From contig CAXHJY010001137.1 of the NCBI GenBank assembly GCA_964016885.1, positions 31,344 to 95,343 of the forward strand: a DNA stretch of 64,000 bases, in the 5' to 3' direction. Below, in pieces: positions 57,504 through 64,000 of the stretch. Below the pieces are notes generated by a model. That model saw only the letters and a program-made list of their open reading frames with translations. It ran no database searches and had not been told where the DNA came from. A program made the translations under genes and the position numbers. The stretch is from Eledone cirrhosa (Eukaryota). Positions within the stretch are counted from its first letter, which is position 1, and every line of letters starts with the position of its first letter.

Positions 57504-57623
57504 TGTACATACATACACACACAATAATAATAAAATAAATACGACTTTGCTACATCAGTAAATGTTTATTATAGCTATAAATCCACGCACGCACGCGGAT
57601 GGAAGAGTAAATATATACACACG

Positions 57624-57659
<36 letters not shown>

Positions 57660-57739
57660 CTAGCAAGCCAGCTTCCTACCTTAATGGTCGCTTATATTTA
57701 TGGTACGTCAAAATTATTTATAAAACTGTTTATATATTG

Positions 57740-57805
57740 TATTTTATCTGACGTAGGCATGCCATATTTTTAATATGGTATCCCTGAAATATGTATAATG
57801 AAATA
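57740..57805 (+). ncRNA. Hammerhead-like fold with a variant core (CTGACGT)
   Basis: TATTTTAT / CTGACGT / AGG-C-ATGCCATATT..AATATGGTAT-C-CCT / GAAA / TATGTA / TA / ATGAAATA. Confidence 0.55.
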
Positions 57806-57903
57806 AATATGGTTTTATAAATATAGTTTCCATTTGTTTACTATCGTATATATATATATTATTTCAAAATATTAATAAATATAGACATTCATGTGATCAA
57901 ATA

Positions 57904-57971
57904 TATTTTATCATATATATATTTCAGAGGTACTGAGCTGTTTCATCAGTACGTCCTCGTCAGATAAAATA
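57904..57971 (-). ncRNA. Hammerhead (paralog of 42454-42523) with altered cleavage site
   Basis: Minus strand: TATTTTAT / CTGACGA / GTACTGA..TCAGTAC / GAAA / TATATATA / TG / ATAAAATA. Confidence 0.62.
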
Positions 57972-58043
57972 AATTGATGTCTGACATACCTCAACTGTGC
58001 TGATGGTTCAATTCCAGTTTTCGCATTCACTGCCAAAACTGGG

Positions 58044-64000
<5,957 letters not shown>

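Overview
This is AT-rich, microsatellite-rich eukaryotic (animal) DNA. The SINE, LINE and microsatellite make-up suggests an invertebrate such as a cephalopod, but that is inference only. I could not confidently identify any host protein-coding gene, and most of the listed ORFs are translations of microsatellites. The window is a nest of transposable elements: RTE-type LINEs (one with an RT plus a PHD-like C4HC3 finger), a CR1/L2 fragment, many tRNA-derived SINEs with target-site duplications, a non-autonomous Helitron, MITEs, and three Penelope-like retroelements (PLEs). The main structure spans 25.6-42.6 kb. Two PLEs with YRDD RT, a CxCx5C linker and GIY-YIG (resembling the Hydra clade) sit inside an unusual (TA)n-GC array. 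One has an intact ORF with ~2 kb direct pseudo-LTRs and an inverted 5' cap. Reading both strands shows at least nine complete or near-complete type I hammerhead ribozyme folds from about five distinct families. Some have very large stem II insertions or a (UA)n palindromic stem III. There is also a perfect fold-back palindrome whose axis is a hammerhead stem II. All structures were paired by eye; none has been computed or tested.
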